A stretch of 64,000 bases of DNA, taken from NCBI GenBank assembly GCA_036626005.1, contig JAZKSP010000001.1, positions 1,344 to 65,343 of the forward strand, given 5' to 3'. The first letter of the stretch is position 1, and each line of letters starts with the position of its first letter. The notes beneath the pieces were generated by a model that saw nothing but the letters and a program-made list of their open reading frames with translations, did no database searches and was not told the DNA's origin. Source of the stretch: Thermoplasmatota archaeon (lineage in GTDB: Archaea; Thermoplasmatota; Thermoplasmata; Halarchaeoplasmatales; Halarchaeoplasmataceae). Below are positions 32,247 through 42,236 of the stretch, piece by piece. The position numbers were made by a program, and so were the translations under genes.

Positions 32247-35198
32247 ATGTCTGATAAGATCACTGTAACTATCGATGGAGAAGAATATGAAACTGAGCCT
32301 GGAAAGAAAGTTTTAGATGTATGCAGAGAGAACGATCTTTTCGTGCCTACACTCTGTGAGATCGAATATATCGAAGAGCCCTTTGGTGGATGTAGAGTTT
32401 GTCTTGTGGAGGCAACCACGGATAGAGGAACAGAAGTCACAACTTCCTGCGATACGCCGATACAGGATGGAATGGAGATAAAAACGGAAACGGAGGAAGT
32501 ATATGAGGGACGGAAGATGGCCCTTGAGCTTCTTTTGTCTGAACATACTGGGGATTGTGTAGCGCCATGCTCCTTCGAATGTCCCGCTAGTTTAGACGTT
32601 CAGGGTTATCTCGCGCATATTGCTAACGGAAGGCCGAGCGAGGCTGTCAAGCTAATAAAAGAGGAGACCCCTCTCGCTCTGAGTCTAGGGATGGCATGCT
32701 TCGCTCCGTGTGAAGATGAATGTAGGAGAGAATTGGTGGAAGATCCTATTGCTATAAGACAGCAGAAGATGTTTGCAGCGGAAGAGGACATAGAAGATCC
32801 TTGGACTCCAGAGATAGAAGAAGACACGGGGAAGACCGTTGGTGTTGTCGGCGGAGGCCCCGCAGGACTGACCGCAGCTTACTTCTTGAGACTCGAAGGG
32901 CACGATGTCCAGATATATGATATGATGCCGGAGCTCGGAGGCATGATGCGCTACGGTATCCCGGAATATCGACTACCTAATGATCTGCTCGACAAAGAGA
33001 TAGAATGGATACTCGACCTAGGTATCGAGGCCGAAACAGAAACTAAGCTCGGCGAAGACGTTTCACTTGAGGAACTGAGAGAAGAACATGATGCGGTGTT
33101 CATGGGCACCGGTGCATGGGACCCGTGGATGATACCGATAGACGGCATAGACTTGAGCGGTGTTATGGGCGGTATCGACTTCTTGATAGACTATAACTCT
33201 GGAAAAGACTTGGATCTCGGCGAGAAAGTAGTGGTTATAGGATGCGGAAATACAGCGATAGACGCGGCGAGAACGGCAAAGAGAATTGGAAAAGAAGTAA
33301 CTATAGCTTATCGAAGGAGCGAAGAACAAGCGCCTGCCCACCAAGATGAGATCGACGAAGCGAGAGAGGAAGGAGTAAATTTTGAATTCCTAGTGAGCCC
33401 GAAGAAAGTCTGCGGACCGGAAGACGAGGAATGTGTAGAAAAAGTCACTTGTTCTCCAGTAGAGCTAGGTGAACCGGATGAATCTGGACGTCCGAAGCCG
33501 ATAGAGATACCGGATGAAACAGTGGAGATCGAAAGTGACAGCGTAGTGCTTGCGATAGGTCAGCAGCCAGATGATGAACTTCTTGAAGACGAAGGACTTG
33601 AAGTAGAGGATTACACACTTGCTAAAAATTCTAAATTCCAGACCAATTATGAGGACGTCTTCACCGCTGGAGATGCGAATCTTGGTCCTTCATCGATAGT
33701 GGAATGTACTGGAATGGCTAGAGAAGCTGCATATGCTTTGAATGCATATCTTCAAGATAACTTAGAAGATTATGAAGTACCAAACGATTATCAGGACCCA
33801 TTCGGTTACGTTCATCAAGATGAAGTCACTGAAGAAGATCTTTGGGATTACAACAAAGAATTGAGAAGAGATATGCCGACTAGAAAGCCTAAAGAGAGAA
33901 TAAAAGATTTTGAGAGGATCGAACTAGGTTTTTCAACTGAAAAAGCGAGAGATGAAGCCGAGAGATGTTTAGAGTGCGGTTGTCTTGATCGCTTCGACTG
34001 TGAGTTGAGAGAGTACTCGGAAATGTTCGATGCTGAACAGAAAGCCTACGAAGGATTTAAATTTGAACGGGAAGAAGATGATTCTCATCCATATATACTC
34101 AGAGAGCCGCAGAAATGTATTCAGTGTGGTTCGTGTGTGCGAACGACCGAGAAGGTGCACGGTGAAGGAGCAGTTCAGTTTGCGAATAGAGGATTAGAAA
34201 CAGTTGTAGAGCCAGCTTTCGGTGATCCTTTAGGTGAGGTAGAGAGTAAACTGATTGGAGATTTAGCAGATGCTTGTCCTACGGGTGCATTTGAAGAGGT
34301 ACTTCAAGATAGAAAACCTGGTCCGCACAATACTGAGATCGCAGGCGAAACCGTCTGTTTAGAGTGTGGATTGACCTGTCCTGCTGAGGTACATGCGGTC
34401 AATGGAAGGCCCGTCATGATGAAACCGGCTGAAGATACAATCTATCAGGGACATCTCTGCGACATTGGAAAATTTGGAAGCTCTATCAATGCGCCAGATA
34501 ACGACACTGATTTTGAAGAGAGATTGTCTGAATTGAAGGAGATGATCCAAGCTAAAAAGATGGACATCATTCTAGGAAGCGCTACCACAATCGAAGAGGC
34601 GGAGAAGCTGAAAGAACTAGCGGACTATACTGAAGGGAATATTATTGCTCCGGTAGCGGATAAGAGATCAACCGCTACTGTAGACGATCTGAAGTCTGCT
34701 GAAAAATTATACGTCGATCCTTTAGTTTATGATATAGCCCCTATAATGAAGATGTTCGTCGAGAGTGCTAAGCAGAACGGTTCGGATATAGTTGCATCTT
34801 TAGAAGCTCTAGATGGTGGAATCGGAATAGTAACTCCAGCTGACGCAGGAGATTTAGATAACAGAATAGTCGTACAACCTGGTGCTAATTCCTACGGCTT
34901 GTCATGTTTAGATATCTCGGAAGGAGATGTTCAAAGTGATAATGTATTGGTTTATGGAGACAAAGACATACCGACCGAAAAGATCGAAGGTAAAAAAGTG
35001 ATACATCTCACTGGAGAAGAAAATGAGAAGGTCAAATCAGAACTATCGATACCGATACGCTCTTCTCTACAGAAACAGGGAACTATCAGGAATCTATTCG
35101 GTGAAGAGATGACTCTGACGCCAGTAGTTGAGACCTTTCTCCCGAAAAATCTAGATATTTTGGACAGTGTGATCGACCTGTATAGAAAACAGACCTAA
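32247..35198 (+). CDS. NuoG/HydA-N-terminus + GltD-like FAD/NADPH fusion (StnC / NfnABC large-subunit type)
   Basis: 2Fe-2S (GCRVC), EHTGDCVAPC, GGGPAG, YGIPEYRLP, GCGNTAID...YRR, further FeS motifs and a degenerate molybdopterin-oxidoreductase-like tail. No H-cluster motifs. Confidence 0.85.
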   Translation: MSDKITVTIDGEEYETEPGKKVLDVCRENDLFVPTLCEIEYIEEPFGGCRVCLVEATTDRGTEVTTSCDTPIQDGMEIKTETEEVYEGRKMALELLLSEHTGDCVAPCSFECPASLDVQGYLAHIANGRPSEAVKLIKEETPLALSLGMACFAPCEDECRRELVEDPIAIRQQKMFAAEEDIEDPWTPEIEEDTGKTVGVVGGGPAGLTAAYFLRLEGHDVQIYDMMPELGGMMRYGIPEYRLPNDLLDKEIEWILDLGIEAETETKLGEDVSLEELREEHDAVFMGTGAWDPWMIPIDGIDLSGVMGGIDFLIDYNSGKDLDLGEKVVVIGCGNTAIDAARTAKRIGKEVTIAYRRSEEQAPAHQDEIDEAREEGVNFEFLVSPKKVCGPEDEECVEKVTCSPVELGEPDESGRPKPIEIPDETVEIESDSVVLAIGQQPDDELLEDEGLEVEDYTLAKNSKFQTNYEDVFTAGDANLGPSSIVECTGMAREAAYALNAYLQDNLEDYEVPNDYQDPFGYVHQDEVTEEDLWDYNKELRRDMPTRKPKERIKDFERIELGFSTEKARDEAERCLECGCLDRFDCELREYSEMFDAEQKAYEGFKFEREEDDSHPYILREPQKCIQCGSCVRTTEKVHGEGAVQFANRGLETVVEPAFGDPLGEVESKLIGDLADACPTGAFEEVLQDRKPGPHNTEIAGETVCLECGLTCPAEVHAVNGRPVMMKPAEDTIYQGHLCDIGKFGSSINAPDNDTDFEERLSELKEMIQAKKMDIILGSATTIEEAEKLKELADYTEGNIIAPVADKRSTATVDDLKSAEKLYVDPLVYDIAPIMKMFVESAKQNGSDIVASLEALDGGIGIVTPADAGDLDNRIVVQPGANSYGLSCLDISEGDVQSDNVLVYGDKDIPTEKIEGKKVIHLTGEENEKVKSELSIPIRSSLQKQGTIRNLFGEEMTLTPVVETFLPKNLDILDSVIDLYRKQT

Positions 35199-35295
35199 AT
35201 AGACAATTATGACGGAAAGTTGATACCAACCTCTTTTTTGAAAAAACTCTTACCCAATACTTTTTAATCTTTTAATTAACTGTGGGATCTAGATT

Positions 35296-35772
35296 ATGTC
35301 CACCGTTGATGAATTTTACGAAAAGCTTTCGGATATCTATTCTAGAGACGACTTCAGAGAGAAGATAGAGGGGAAAAAGAAGGAATTCGATCACTTTTTC
35401 GATGAGGAAACATTAGCTCATATGATCGTAGCTGAGCATGGTAGGAATGAGAGCGCAATTAATGATATCGATCAAACAGAACCCGGTGATGAGGCTACAG
35501 TCCAGGGGAAAATAGTCGATCTAGGTACTCTAAGGACATTTGAAAACGATGATGGTCAGGGTAAAGTCAGGAACGTTCGTATCGATGACGGTACGGGGAC
35601 CATAAAGGTGGTTTTCTGGGATGAAGAGACTGATAGAGTGGAAGAAGAATTCGAGATAGGTAGTGAGATAAAAGTTGTCAATGGTTACGTTAAGGACAAA
35701 GGCTATGGTAAACAGATCTCCGCAGGAAGATGGGGCGAAATTCGTCTATTGGAAGAAGGCAAAAAGGATTAA
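35296..35772 (+). CDS. OB-fold single-stranded DNA-binding protein (RPA-like)
   Basis: RTFENDDGQGKVRNVRIDDGTGTIKVVFWD. Confidence 0.85.
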   Translation: MSTVDEFYEKLSDIYSRDDFREKIEGKKKEFDHFFDEETLAHMIVAEHGRNESAINDIDQTEPGDEATVQGKIVDLGTLRTFENDDGQGKVRNVRIDDGTGTIKVVFWDEETDRVEEEFEIGSEIKVVNGYVKDKGYGKQISAGRWGEIRLLEEGKKD

Positions 35773-35798
35773 TAGTCTCGATATCATTCTTATAACCG

Positions 35799-36014
35799 AT
35801 GGTTGAAGAGGATGATAATGAAGGTTATATAGAAGAATTGATAGAGTGTCCATTTTGTGGCGGCTTCGTCCCAGACGAATTCGAATGTATTCTATGTGGT
35901 GAAGAGATATTGGATACTGATAAGGTGGGGAAGACTAAATTGGTTTGCTCAAGATGTGGAGCGGAAATAGAAGAGGAGACAGAAAGCTGCCCTGATTGTG
36001 GAGCATTGTTTTAG
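35799..36014 (+). CDS. Small double zinc-ribbon protein
   Basis: Four CxxC pairs in 71 aa. Confidence 0.75.
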   Translation: MVEEDDNEGYIEELIECPFCGGFVPDEFECILCGEEILDTDKVGKTKLVCSRCGAEIEEETESCPDCGALF

Positions 36015-36063
36015 GATATGCGTTTTCAAAAAGCAAAAATATGACCAATAAGTAGGTTTTACT

Positions 36064-36822
36064 ATGGCTGATGATGATTTAAGTTACGAAGATGTAATCG
36101 ATGTATGGGAGAGAGAGAAGGAAGCGAAGTTGCCCTGCGCTTTACCTAATAATTTTTATGAAAGATTGAGAAAATACATTCGAGACTTAGAAACCAAAGT
36201 AGAAGATATCGACGTCCCTCCCAAAGATAAACGGGAAAGGAGGGTTCAAAAGCAGTACGAGAGAGTACAGAAGATAGCTGAACTTTTTTTCAAAGAGAGA
36301 CAAAAAAAGATAGTGTTAGCCGCATATCACAAATCGATGGGAAAGACGGTTAGTGCTGAAAATTTGGTCGAAGCGGAACTAGAACTTCTAGAAGAAATAT
36401 CTGGAAGTTTAGAGGAATTGAAGAACCAAATATTTTTAAGAGAGTATAAAAGAAAACCCGAGAAGAAAGAATCGAAAGAGAAGGAACGAACGGAAGAAAA
36501 GACCGTAGAGAGCGAACCCTCCTCACCTGAAGAAAAAATCGAAGATGTCACTCGGGATCAGACTCAAACAAAGGAGGACCTCGGACCATCTGAATCTCCG
36601 GTTGAAGAAGCTGCGAATGAAAGTGAAGTCTCTAGAGACGATCGCTTATCACCTGATTTAGAAGGTCAAGATGAGATATTGATCCATATAACTGAAGATA
36701 TTCCTTCCTTCGTTGATATGAACGTAACTTATGATCTAGAAAAAGAAGATGTTCTCACATTAAGAGAGGATTTAGCAGAAGTTTTGATAGAAAGAGGGAA
36801 AGCGAGGAAGATAAAGCTTTAA
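36064..36822 (+). CDS. GINS-family replication protein (Gins51/15-like) with acidic linker
   Basis: LPNNFYERL, ERQKKIV and C-terminal IPSFVD...YDLEKEDVLTL...LIERGKA. Confidence 0.75.
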   Translation: MADDDLSYEDVIDVWEREKEAKLPCALPNNFYERLRKYIRDLETKVEDIDVPPKDKRERRVQKQYERVQKIAELFFKERQKKIVLAAYHKSMGKTVSAENLVEAELELLEEISGSLEELKNQIFLREYKRKPEKKESKEKERTEEKTVESEPSSPEEKIEDVTRDQTQTKEDLGPSESPVEEAANESEVSRDDRLSPDLEGQDEILIHITEDIPSFVDMNVTYDLEKEDVLTLREDLAEVLIERGKARKIKL

Positions 36823-36830
36823 GCAATTTT

Positions 36831-37310
36831 TTATTCAAAAACGGAGTCGTATTCTCCTTCCTCGATCAGCCTTTGGGCTTCTCCTGGTTCTTTTTCATCT
36901 ACTGTAATACCCATTGAGACGCAGGAACCGATGACTTCTTTAGTTTTTTGTTTCAGATTTTTACCCAATAGATCATCGTCTTTCATCTCAGCGATCTCTT
37001 TAGCCTCTTCTATCTCTAGGTCACCGACTTTGTTGGTATTGGCTTCACCGCTTCCTTTTTCTATACCCACTTTCTCCAAAATTAAACCTGATGTGGGTGG
37101 GGTTCCAACTTCTATATCGAAATCACCGCTTTCAGTATCGACGGTCAATTTTATTGGAACCTGCATGCCTTTGAATTTTTCCGTCTCTTCGTTTATAGAG
37201 TTCACGATCTCCATTATATCTACACCTAATGGACCAAGTTTTGGTCCTAGGGGTGGTCCTGCACTCGCTTCGCCTGCATCTACAAGAGCTTCTATAGTTT
37301 CAGTTGCCAT
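36831..37310 (-). CDS. rpl11: 50S ribosomal protein L11
   Basis: ASAGPPLGPKLGPLG, GTPPTS, GSCVSMGI. Confidence 0.97.
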   Translation of the reverse strand: MATETIEALVDAGEASAGPPLGPKLGPLGVDIMEIVNSINEETEKFKGMQVPIKLTVDTESGDFDIEVGTPPTSGLILEKVGIEKGSGEANTNKVGDLEIEEAKEIAEMKDDDLLGKNLKQKTKEVIGSCVSMGITVDEKEPGEAQRLIEEGEYDSVFE

Positions 37311-37334
37311 ATTAATCACCTACATAACATTGTC

Positions 37335-38243
37335 TTATTTTTCTTTTTCTAATACTCTTACGTGATCTCCTCTCACTGTAACGGGGATCGGGACAGTGGC
37401 TTCAAATAGCTCAACAGTGATTTCATCGTTATCTTCATCTATTTGGGTGACTCGGGCTTTTTCACCTTTGAAGGGACCAGCTGATAACTCAACTATATCG
37501 CCTTCTGTGATACCTTCTACAGCGAGTTTTGGAGCTAGAAAATGTTCTATTTCCTCAATACTGGTATCACCATCAATGATACCCTTTGCTTTTCTCGTGC
37601 CGTCACACACCTCATCAACTATAGAGGGATTCATCGCTTCAATGAATATATATCCTCTCACAGGTTTGGGAACGAGGATAGAAAACACACCCATATCTTT
37701 GTCTTTAGCCCATGATGCTATATAATCGGCTACACTCCTTTCTTGATTTATCTGAGTTTTCATAGCCACGACAGTGGGCCTAGCAGTCGTTATGAGAGTT
37801 ATAGAATCGGATAACAGTACATCTTTGCTTGAGGATGCGTCGATAACGACCTCTGCTTTATCTCCATAGTCGGCCCCCTCTGGAGCACTCACTTTAACTG
37901 GTATGATAGTCTCGTCTCCAGCCTTGACCTCGATCGTCTCTCGAAGCGTATCGGAGGGTTCTGAGATCCTATGTTGGTCGAGTATATCGATATTCCAAGG
38001 AATTATCTCTTCACTATCAGTACTATACAAAAGATGAACCTCAAGATCGATTTCCTGTTCTGAATCAGTAGTATTTATCAACTTGACTTTATAAGTTGTT
38101 TTTTCTCTGGTGGGGATAGACTTTTTGTTAGGATCACAGACTAAGGAGATCCCTTTTTCTTCTTCTTCTTCCTCTTTAGGAATCTCTTTAACCTCTTCCT
38201 CTTCAGCTATTTCTTCCTCTGTAAAATCATCTAGTAGTCCCAT
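37335..38243 (-). CDS. spt5: Transcription elongation factor Spt5/NusG with ~150-aa N-terminal extension
   Basis: NGN domain (KTQINQE, RGYIFIE) and KOW (GDIVELSAGPFKGEKARV). Conserved secE-spt5-rpl11 context. Confidence 0.93.
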   Translation of the reverse strand: MGLLDDFTEEEIAEEEEVKEIPKEEEEEEKGISLVCDPNKKSIPTREKTTYKVKLINTTDSEQEIDLEVHLLYSTDSEEIIPWNIDILDQHRISEPSDTLRETIEVKAGDETIIPVKVSAPEGADYGDKAEVVIDASSSKDVLLSDSITLITTARPTVVAMKTQINQERSVADYIASWAKDKDMGVFSILVPKPVRGYIFIEAMNPSIVDEVCDGTRKAKGIIDGDTSIEEIEHFLAPKLAVEGITEGDIVELSAGPFKGEKARVTQIDEDNDEITVELFEATVPIPVTVRGDHVRVLEKEK

Positions 38244-38253
38244 AATTTCTACC

Positions 38254-38484
38254 TCAAATCACTGCAAAATATGTTGGTATGTTATCCCAAAGCCACATGA
38301 TCAAAAATCCAAGTCCACCTATCAGAAAAATACCTATTATAACTATCAGGAGGTTTTTTCTGTATTCTTCTGTGTCCGGCTTTCGGGCCATCTTCAAAAT
38401 ACGCCCGAACTTGCCTTTACCAATTTTTCCAGCTTTTTCTTCGATCTTATCCTGTACTTTCCAGGATCCTTCAACAATATCCAT
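38254..38484 (-). CDS. secE: Protein translocase SecE/Sec61-gamma
   Basis: RILKMARKPDTEEY plus one TM helix; genomic context. Confidence 0.92.
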   Translation of the reverse strand: MDIVEGSWKVQDKIEEKAGKIGKGKFGRILKMARKPDTEEYRKNLLIVIIGIFLIGGLGFLIMWLWDNIPTYFAVI

Positions 38485-38493
38485 GTTTTTCCC

Positions 38494-39597
38494 TCAAGCT
38501 ACTGTTTCTATTTCTTCAGTTGAAATTTCTTCGCCAAATATCTGTTTTGATTCGACACCTGTGATGACCACCATAATCTTTAGAGTTTCTTCTTGACTTG
38601 GATCAACAGATGCACCCCAGATTATCCTTGCGTTCTTGCCGATCTTTCTTTCGACAGTTTTTGCCGCTTTTTCTGCTTCAGATACCGTCATATCACTTCC
38701 TCCTACGACATTTACCAGGGCTGCGTTCGCATTGCTGATATCGACTTCCAGCAGAGGTGAATCTATCGCTTCTTTGATAGCCTCTTCCGCTCGATTTTCG
38801 GAATCATCTTCACCCATGCCTATCATCGCAACTCCGGCCCCTTCCATCACCGTCTTTAGATCGTTAAAATCAAGGTTTACTAAACCAGGTTTAGTTACCA
38901 ATTCTGTGATACCTGTGATAGATCTAGAGAGCACTTCATCAGCGACTTTAAAGGCCTTATTGAGTGATAGACGAGGACAGAGGTCCAAGAGCTTGTCGTT
39001 AGGAATAGTTATGACGGTATCGGCTACGCTTTTGAGTCTTTCCAGACCCCATTCCGCATTTTCCATCCGGGATTTTCCTTCAGCCTCGAAGGGGGTGGTA
39101 CATATAGCTACGGTGAGCGCCCCTTTGTTTTTGGCGATTTCAGCTACGACAGGAGCCCCTCCTGTTCCAGTTCCACCACCGAGACCGCAGGTAACAAAGA
39201 CCATATCAGTCCCTTCTAGTATATCTTCTAACTTTTCTCTTGCTTCTTCGGTAGCTTCTTGGCCGACCTGCGGTAGAGCTCCTGCTCCTAGTCCCCTGGT
39301 CTTTCGCTTACCGAGCAAGACTTTTCTTTGAGAGTGAACCGTCAACAAGTGCTGAGCGTCGGTATTGGCCGCGATCAACTTCGCACCCTTTATACCTTCT
39401 TCTGATATCCTTTCGACGGTATTGCAACCTGCACCGCCGATTCCTACAATCTTGATATCCGTTTTAAGGTCTGAAAGCACCTCTCTCAGTTCTTCATCCT
39501 CGGTCGAAAGGTCTTGTTTACCTTCTTCTATGGCTTTTGATTCCTCTGAATTTTGATTTTCGGCTTGAGATAGAGCCTCATCAACAATTGAATCCAT
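38494..39597 (-). CDS. ftsZ: Cell division protein FtsZ
   Basis: GIGGAGCN, NTDAQHL, GGGTGTG, NLDFND. Confidence 0.97.
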   Translation of the reverse strand: MDSIVDEALSQAENQNSEESKAIEEGKQDLSTEDEELREVLSDLKTDIKIVGIGGAGCNTVERISEEGIKGAKLIAANTDAQHLLTVHSQRKVLLGKRKTRGLGAGALPQVGQEATEEAREKLEDILEGTDMVFVTCGLGGGTGTGGAPVVAEIAKNKGALTVAICTTPFEAEGKSRMENAEWGLERLKSVADTVITIPNDKLLDLCPRLSLNKAFKVADEVLSRSITGITELVTKPGLVNLDFNDLKTVMEGAGVAMIGMGEDDSENRAEEAIKEAIDSPLLEVDISNANAALVNVVGGSDMTVSEAEKAAKTVERKIGKNARIIWGASVDPSQEETLKIMVVITGVESKQIFGEEISTEEIETVA

Positions 39598-39744
39598 AAA
39601 TGCACACTCCATTTGGGAGATAAATTACGCTATCACAAACATATCAATGACCCCTTATATAAAATGTTTTGCCATGATCGCCCTATATTATATATAACTT
39701 ATAATATAAATATTAATAGGTTTAAATTTTTTGTAGATTTGTCT

Positions 39745-40323
39745 TCATTTTGACATGTATCTGGGAAGAAGAAAAAGGACAAAATAGATGCCAAAGACTA
39801 TCGAAAGAGCTAATAAAATTCTTAGAAAAATTATAAGGTTTAATGGGAAAGGACCGATAAAACTATTTATGGAAATAAACCCGCCTAAAAGAGAGACTGC
39901 AAACCCTAGAACTAATGTCTTCAAATAATATAATGCAGAATCATTTTTGTATTCTTCAAGATGAATGTTCACACCCTCCTCGGTTAGACCTCTTTTCATA
40001 TATTTTATAAAGAGAGATCTTCTCATGAATAACCACAGGCCAATATAGATAAAAAACATTGATATGAGGAAGATTAAGCTCGTATAATTTAAAGGGAGTT
40101 CTTTTACTAAAAAGAAGAAAGATCCAACTAGAAAAAGACTACCAACATCAACGATTTTTCTCTCACTAGAATACAATCCGAGGATCGCTACCCCAGCTCC
40201 TGAAATTGGAAACCACCATCCTTGGCTGTTGCGGTAAAGAAGAGAAGTACCTAATGCGGTCAAAATCACTAGGACCGCAAGTATATGTATATGAGCTTTG
40301 AAATCTAGCTTCTTTTCCAGTAT
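39745..40323 (-). CDS. Multi-pass membrane protein of the DUF58 cluster
   Basis: Hydrophobic ORF. Frame stays open upstream of the GTG at 40269 to an ATA/CTG just after GAGGTGA, so the start is uncertain. Confidence 0.6.
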   Translation of the reverse strand: MLEKKLDFKAHIHILAVLVILTALGTSLLYRNSQGWWFPISGAGVAILGLYSSERKIVDVGSLFLVGSFFFLVKELPLNYTSLIFLISMFFIYIGLWLFMRRSLFIKYMKRGLTEEGVNIHLEEYKNDSALYYLKTLVLGFAVSLLGGFISINSFIGPFPLNLIIFLRILLALSIVFGIYFVLFLLPRYMSK

Positions 40324-41570
40324 CTTATCACCTCGTCAAGTCCTGCTTCTAAAGGTTCGTTTGGATTCCAATCAACGACTATACTGTATTTCCATAATTT
40401 TTCGAGGATCACTCCTCTCTCTATAGAAGATAATTTTTCGGCTAGAACATTATGATCATCTATCATCTCCTTCTCGATATCAATAGGATTCGGTGAGATC
40501 ACCATCACATTGTATTCTTTCATGCAGATATCGACGATGGTCTCACTAATCTTTTCTGATATCAGAGGAGATATGAATATTATCATACTTCTTTCGGGGA
40601 AAAATCTTTTCAGAACCCATTCAGTGTCCTTCAATCTCCAAAGCCCTCCTTCTTTTACCTCGCTCAATTTCTCCATCACCTTATAAAAATGGTCTCTGCC
40701 GAAATCAGGATATAACCAATCTAGGAAATCTCCTAGAATGATCAAGCCGACTCGGTTTCGGTCAGCCAATATTGAAGAAGCTAGAGTTCCAGCCGCCTGG
40801 ACTGAGGCGTCTATAGTATTATTTTCTTCCCCTCCTATATTGCTACCTCCATAGCCGTCCACCACTATTATCACGTCTCCGGAGCGTTCCCCTATATATT
40901 CATTACTGACTGGTTCAAGATATCTAGCTGTAGCTTTCCAGTTGATCCTTTTTATCTCGTCCTCGGCTCTATATTCCCTTAGTGAAAAAAATTCGCTTCC
41001 AAGACCCATGCTTTGAGATTTTACGTTACCTATCCAATTTCTGGTATAAAGGGGCCTTATATTCATACTTTCCATCTTTTGGATCGAGGGAAGAACGAAT
41101 ATTGTAAGTATTTTCTTACTAGTCCATTCTTCTACATTTAGGTTGAGAGGACTTCGATATCTAAGCTTCACTGGCCCTATCTCTGTTTTTCCTCTTTTAT
41201 TGCAAGAAATCTTATATCTAATCTTTTTTTCCTCGTTTTCTTCAAGCTTCAGTATCTGATGATTGGATCCTTTGACTACTTGGGCATCAGATGGAACGAT
41301 GTCAAGTACTTCGAGGTACTTAACCATTTTACCATGGTTCTTTATAGATAAGTCTATTCGGACTTCATCTCCTCTATATACACTCATCTCTTGGGTTTTT
41401 CTCTCAACTCTCAACCTGACATCATCAGTAATTATGCTCCTATTTCCCAGTGCTAATAAAGAAAAATTAGCTATAGCTAAGATAAAGAAAACCCAGCTAT
41501 CGATTATTATCCCTATAAAGAGTGTTAAAATAGTGAGAGTTACTAATATAAAGTTGGTATTAGATTTCAT
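40305..41570 (-). CDS. DUF58 (vWA-like) membrane protein
   Basis: GSEFFSLREY...DEIKRINWKATAR and DRNRVGL motifs; N-terminal TMs and Ig-like segment. Confidence 0.88.
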   Translation of the reverse strand: MKSNTNFILVTLTILTLFIGIIIDSWVFFILAIANFSLLALGNRSIITDDVRLRVERKTQEMSVYRGDEVRIDLSIKNHGKMVKYLEVLDIVPSDAQVVKGSNHQILKLEENEEKKIRYKISCNKRGKTEIGPVKLRYRSPLNLNVEEWTSKKILTIFVLPSIQKMESMNIRPLYTRNWIGNVKSQSMGLGSEFFSLREYRAEDEIKRINWKATARYLEPVSNEYIGERSGDVIIVVDGYGGSNIGGEENNTIDASVQAAGTLASSILADRNRVGLIILGDFLDWLYPDFGRDHFYKVMEKLSEVKEGGLWRLKDTEWVLKRFFPERSMIIFISPLISEKISETIVDICMKEYNVMVISPNPIDIEKEMIDDHNVLAEKLSSIERGVILEKLWKYSIVVDWNPNEPLEAGLDEVIRYWKRS

Positions 41571-42236
41571 CTATCGGTTTCCCTCCCAACTCAATATTTT
41601 CTCGATCACACCTTCTATTTTTCTTTGGTAAGTTTCTCCTTTTTCCCTTGCCCCTTCATTTTGTGCATCTTTAAAATTTAGTTGCTTTTCGTCTTTTTTT
41701 TGGATCACATCACCGGTTCTCATTCTTTTACTGTTCATTAAAAAATCAGATAGGGTCTCATCGCCGATCAACTCTCGGAGAGCAGATGGATTTTTGAATA
41801 GAGCTTTCAGCTCCTTTTCAGATAATGAATTCATGTTTTTTATCTTTTCCATTAGTGCTTCCCTGATACGTTTCTCTATCAAAACTTGACTAAGTATCCT
41901 TCCCCTCACTGCCCTTTCTACAATGCTAGAAGTTCTTTTTAGCGGGAGATTAAATATTTTATTTTCGCTTTTTATTCTTTTCCATTCCTCTATCTTTTTT
42001 GCTTCCTTTCCAGATATATATAGCAACCCGATAGAAACCCATGCGATTAGTGATAAGCTGATAAGTTGTTTTAAATGACCACCTGAGAAGAAGATCGCTA
42101 TCGATAATATCCCTGAAAGGATTAAAAACAAAGAATAAAAATGTAACTTGTGTTGTCTTCCAGCGACAGAGCCATCCAACCATTCCGGCTTCAGTTGGAC
42201 CCTTTCTACAGTTACGTCCTCCTCACTTTTTGTCAT
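41571..42236 (-). CDS. Hypothetical two-TM membrane protein
   Basis: ORF translationally coupled to both neighbours. Confidence 0.65.
   Translation of the reverse strand: MTKSEEDVTVERVQLKPEWLDGSVAGRQHKLHFYSLFLILSGILSIAIFFSGGHLKQLISLSLIAWVSIGLLYISGKEAKKIEEWKRIKSENKIFNLPLKRTSSIVERAVRGRILSQVLIEKRIREALMEKIKNMNSLSEKELKALFKNPSALRELIGDETLSDFLMNSKRMRTGDVIQKKDEKQLNFKDAQNEGAREKGETYQRKIEGVIEKILSWEGNR

Noticed and set aside
32240..32252. In-frame TAG-ATG junctions (also at 41571/41570) as pyrrolysine or readthrough fusions
   Set aside because: Both partners are complete proteins, the 32247 ATG has its own SD, and no pyl genes are seen. Translational coupling explains it.
29908..35198. [FeFe]-hydrogenase, formate dehydrogenase or complex I
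   Set aside because: No H-cluster motifs, no intact Mo/W-binding domain or Cys/Sec ligand region, and no membrane nuo genes.
38636..39331. Long antisense ORFs (231 aa here; many others opposite real genes)
   Set aside because: Ser/Phe/Ile-rich shadows of acidic sense-strand genes, with no recognisable motifs.
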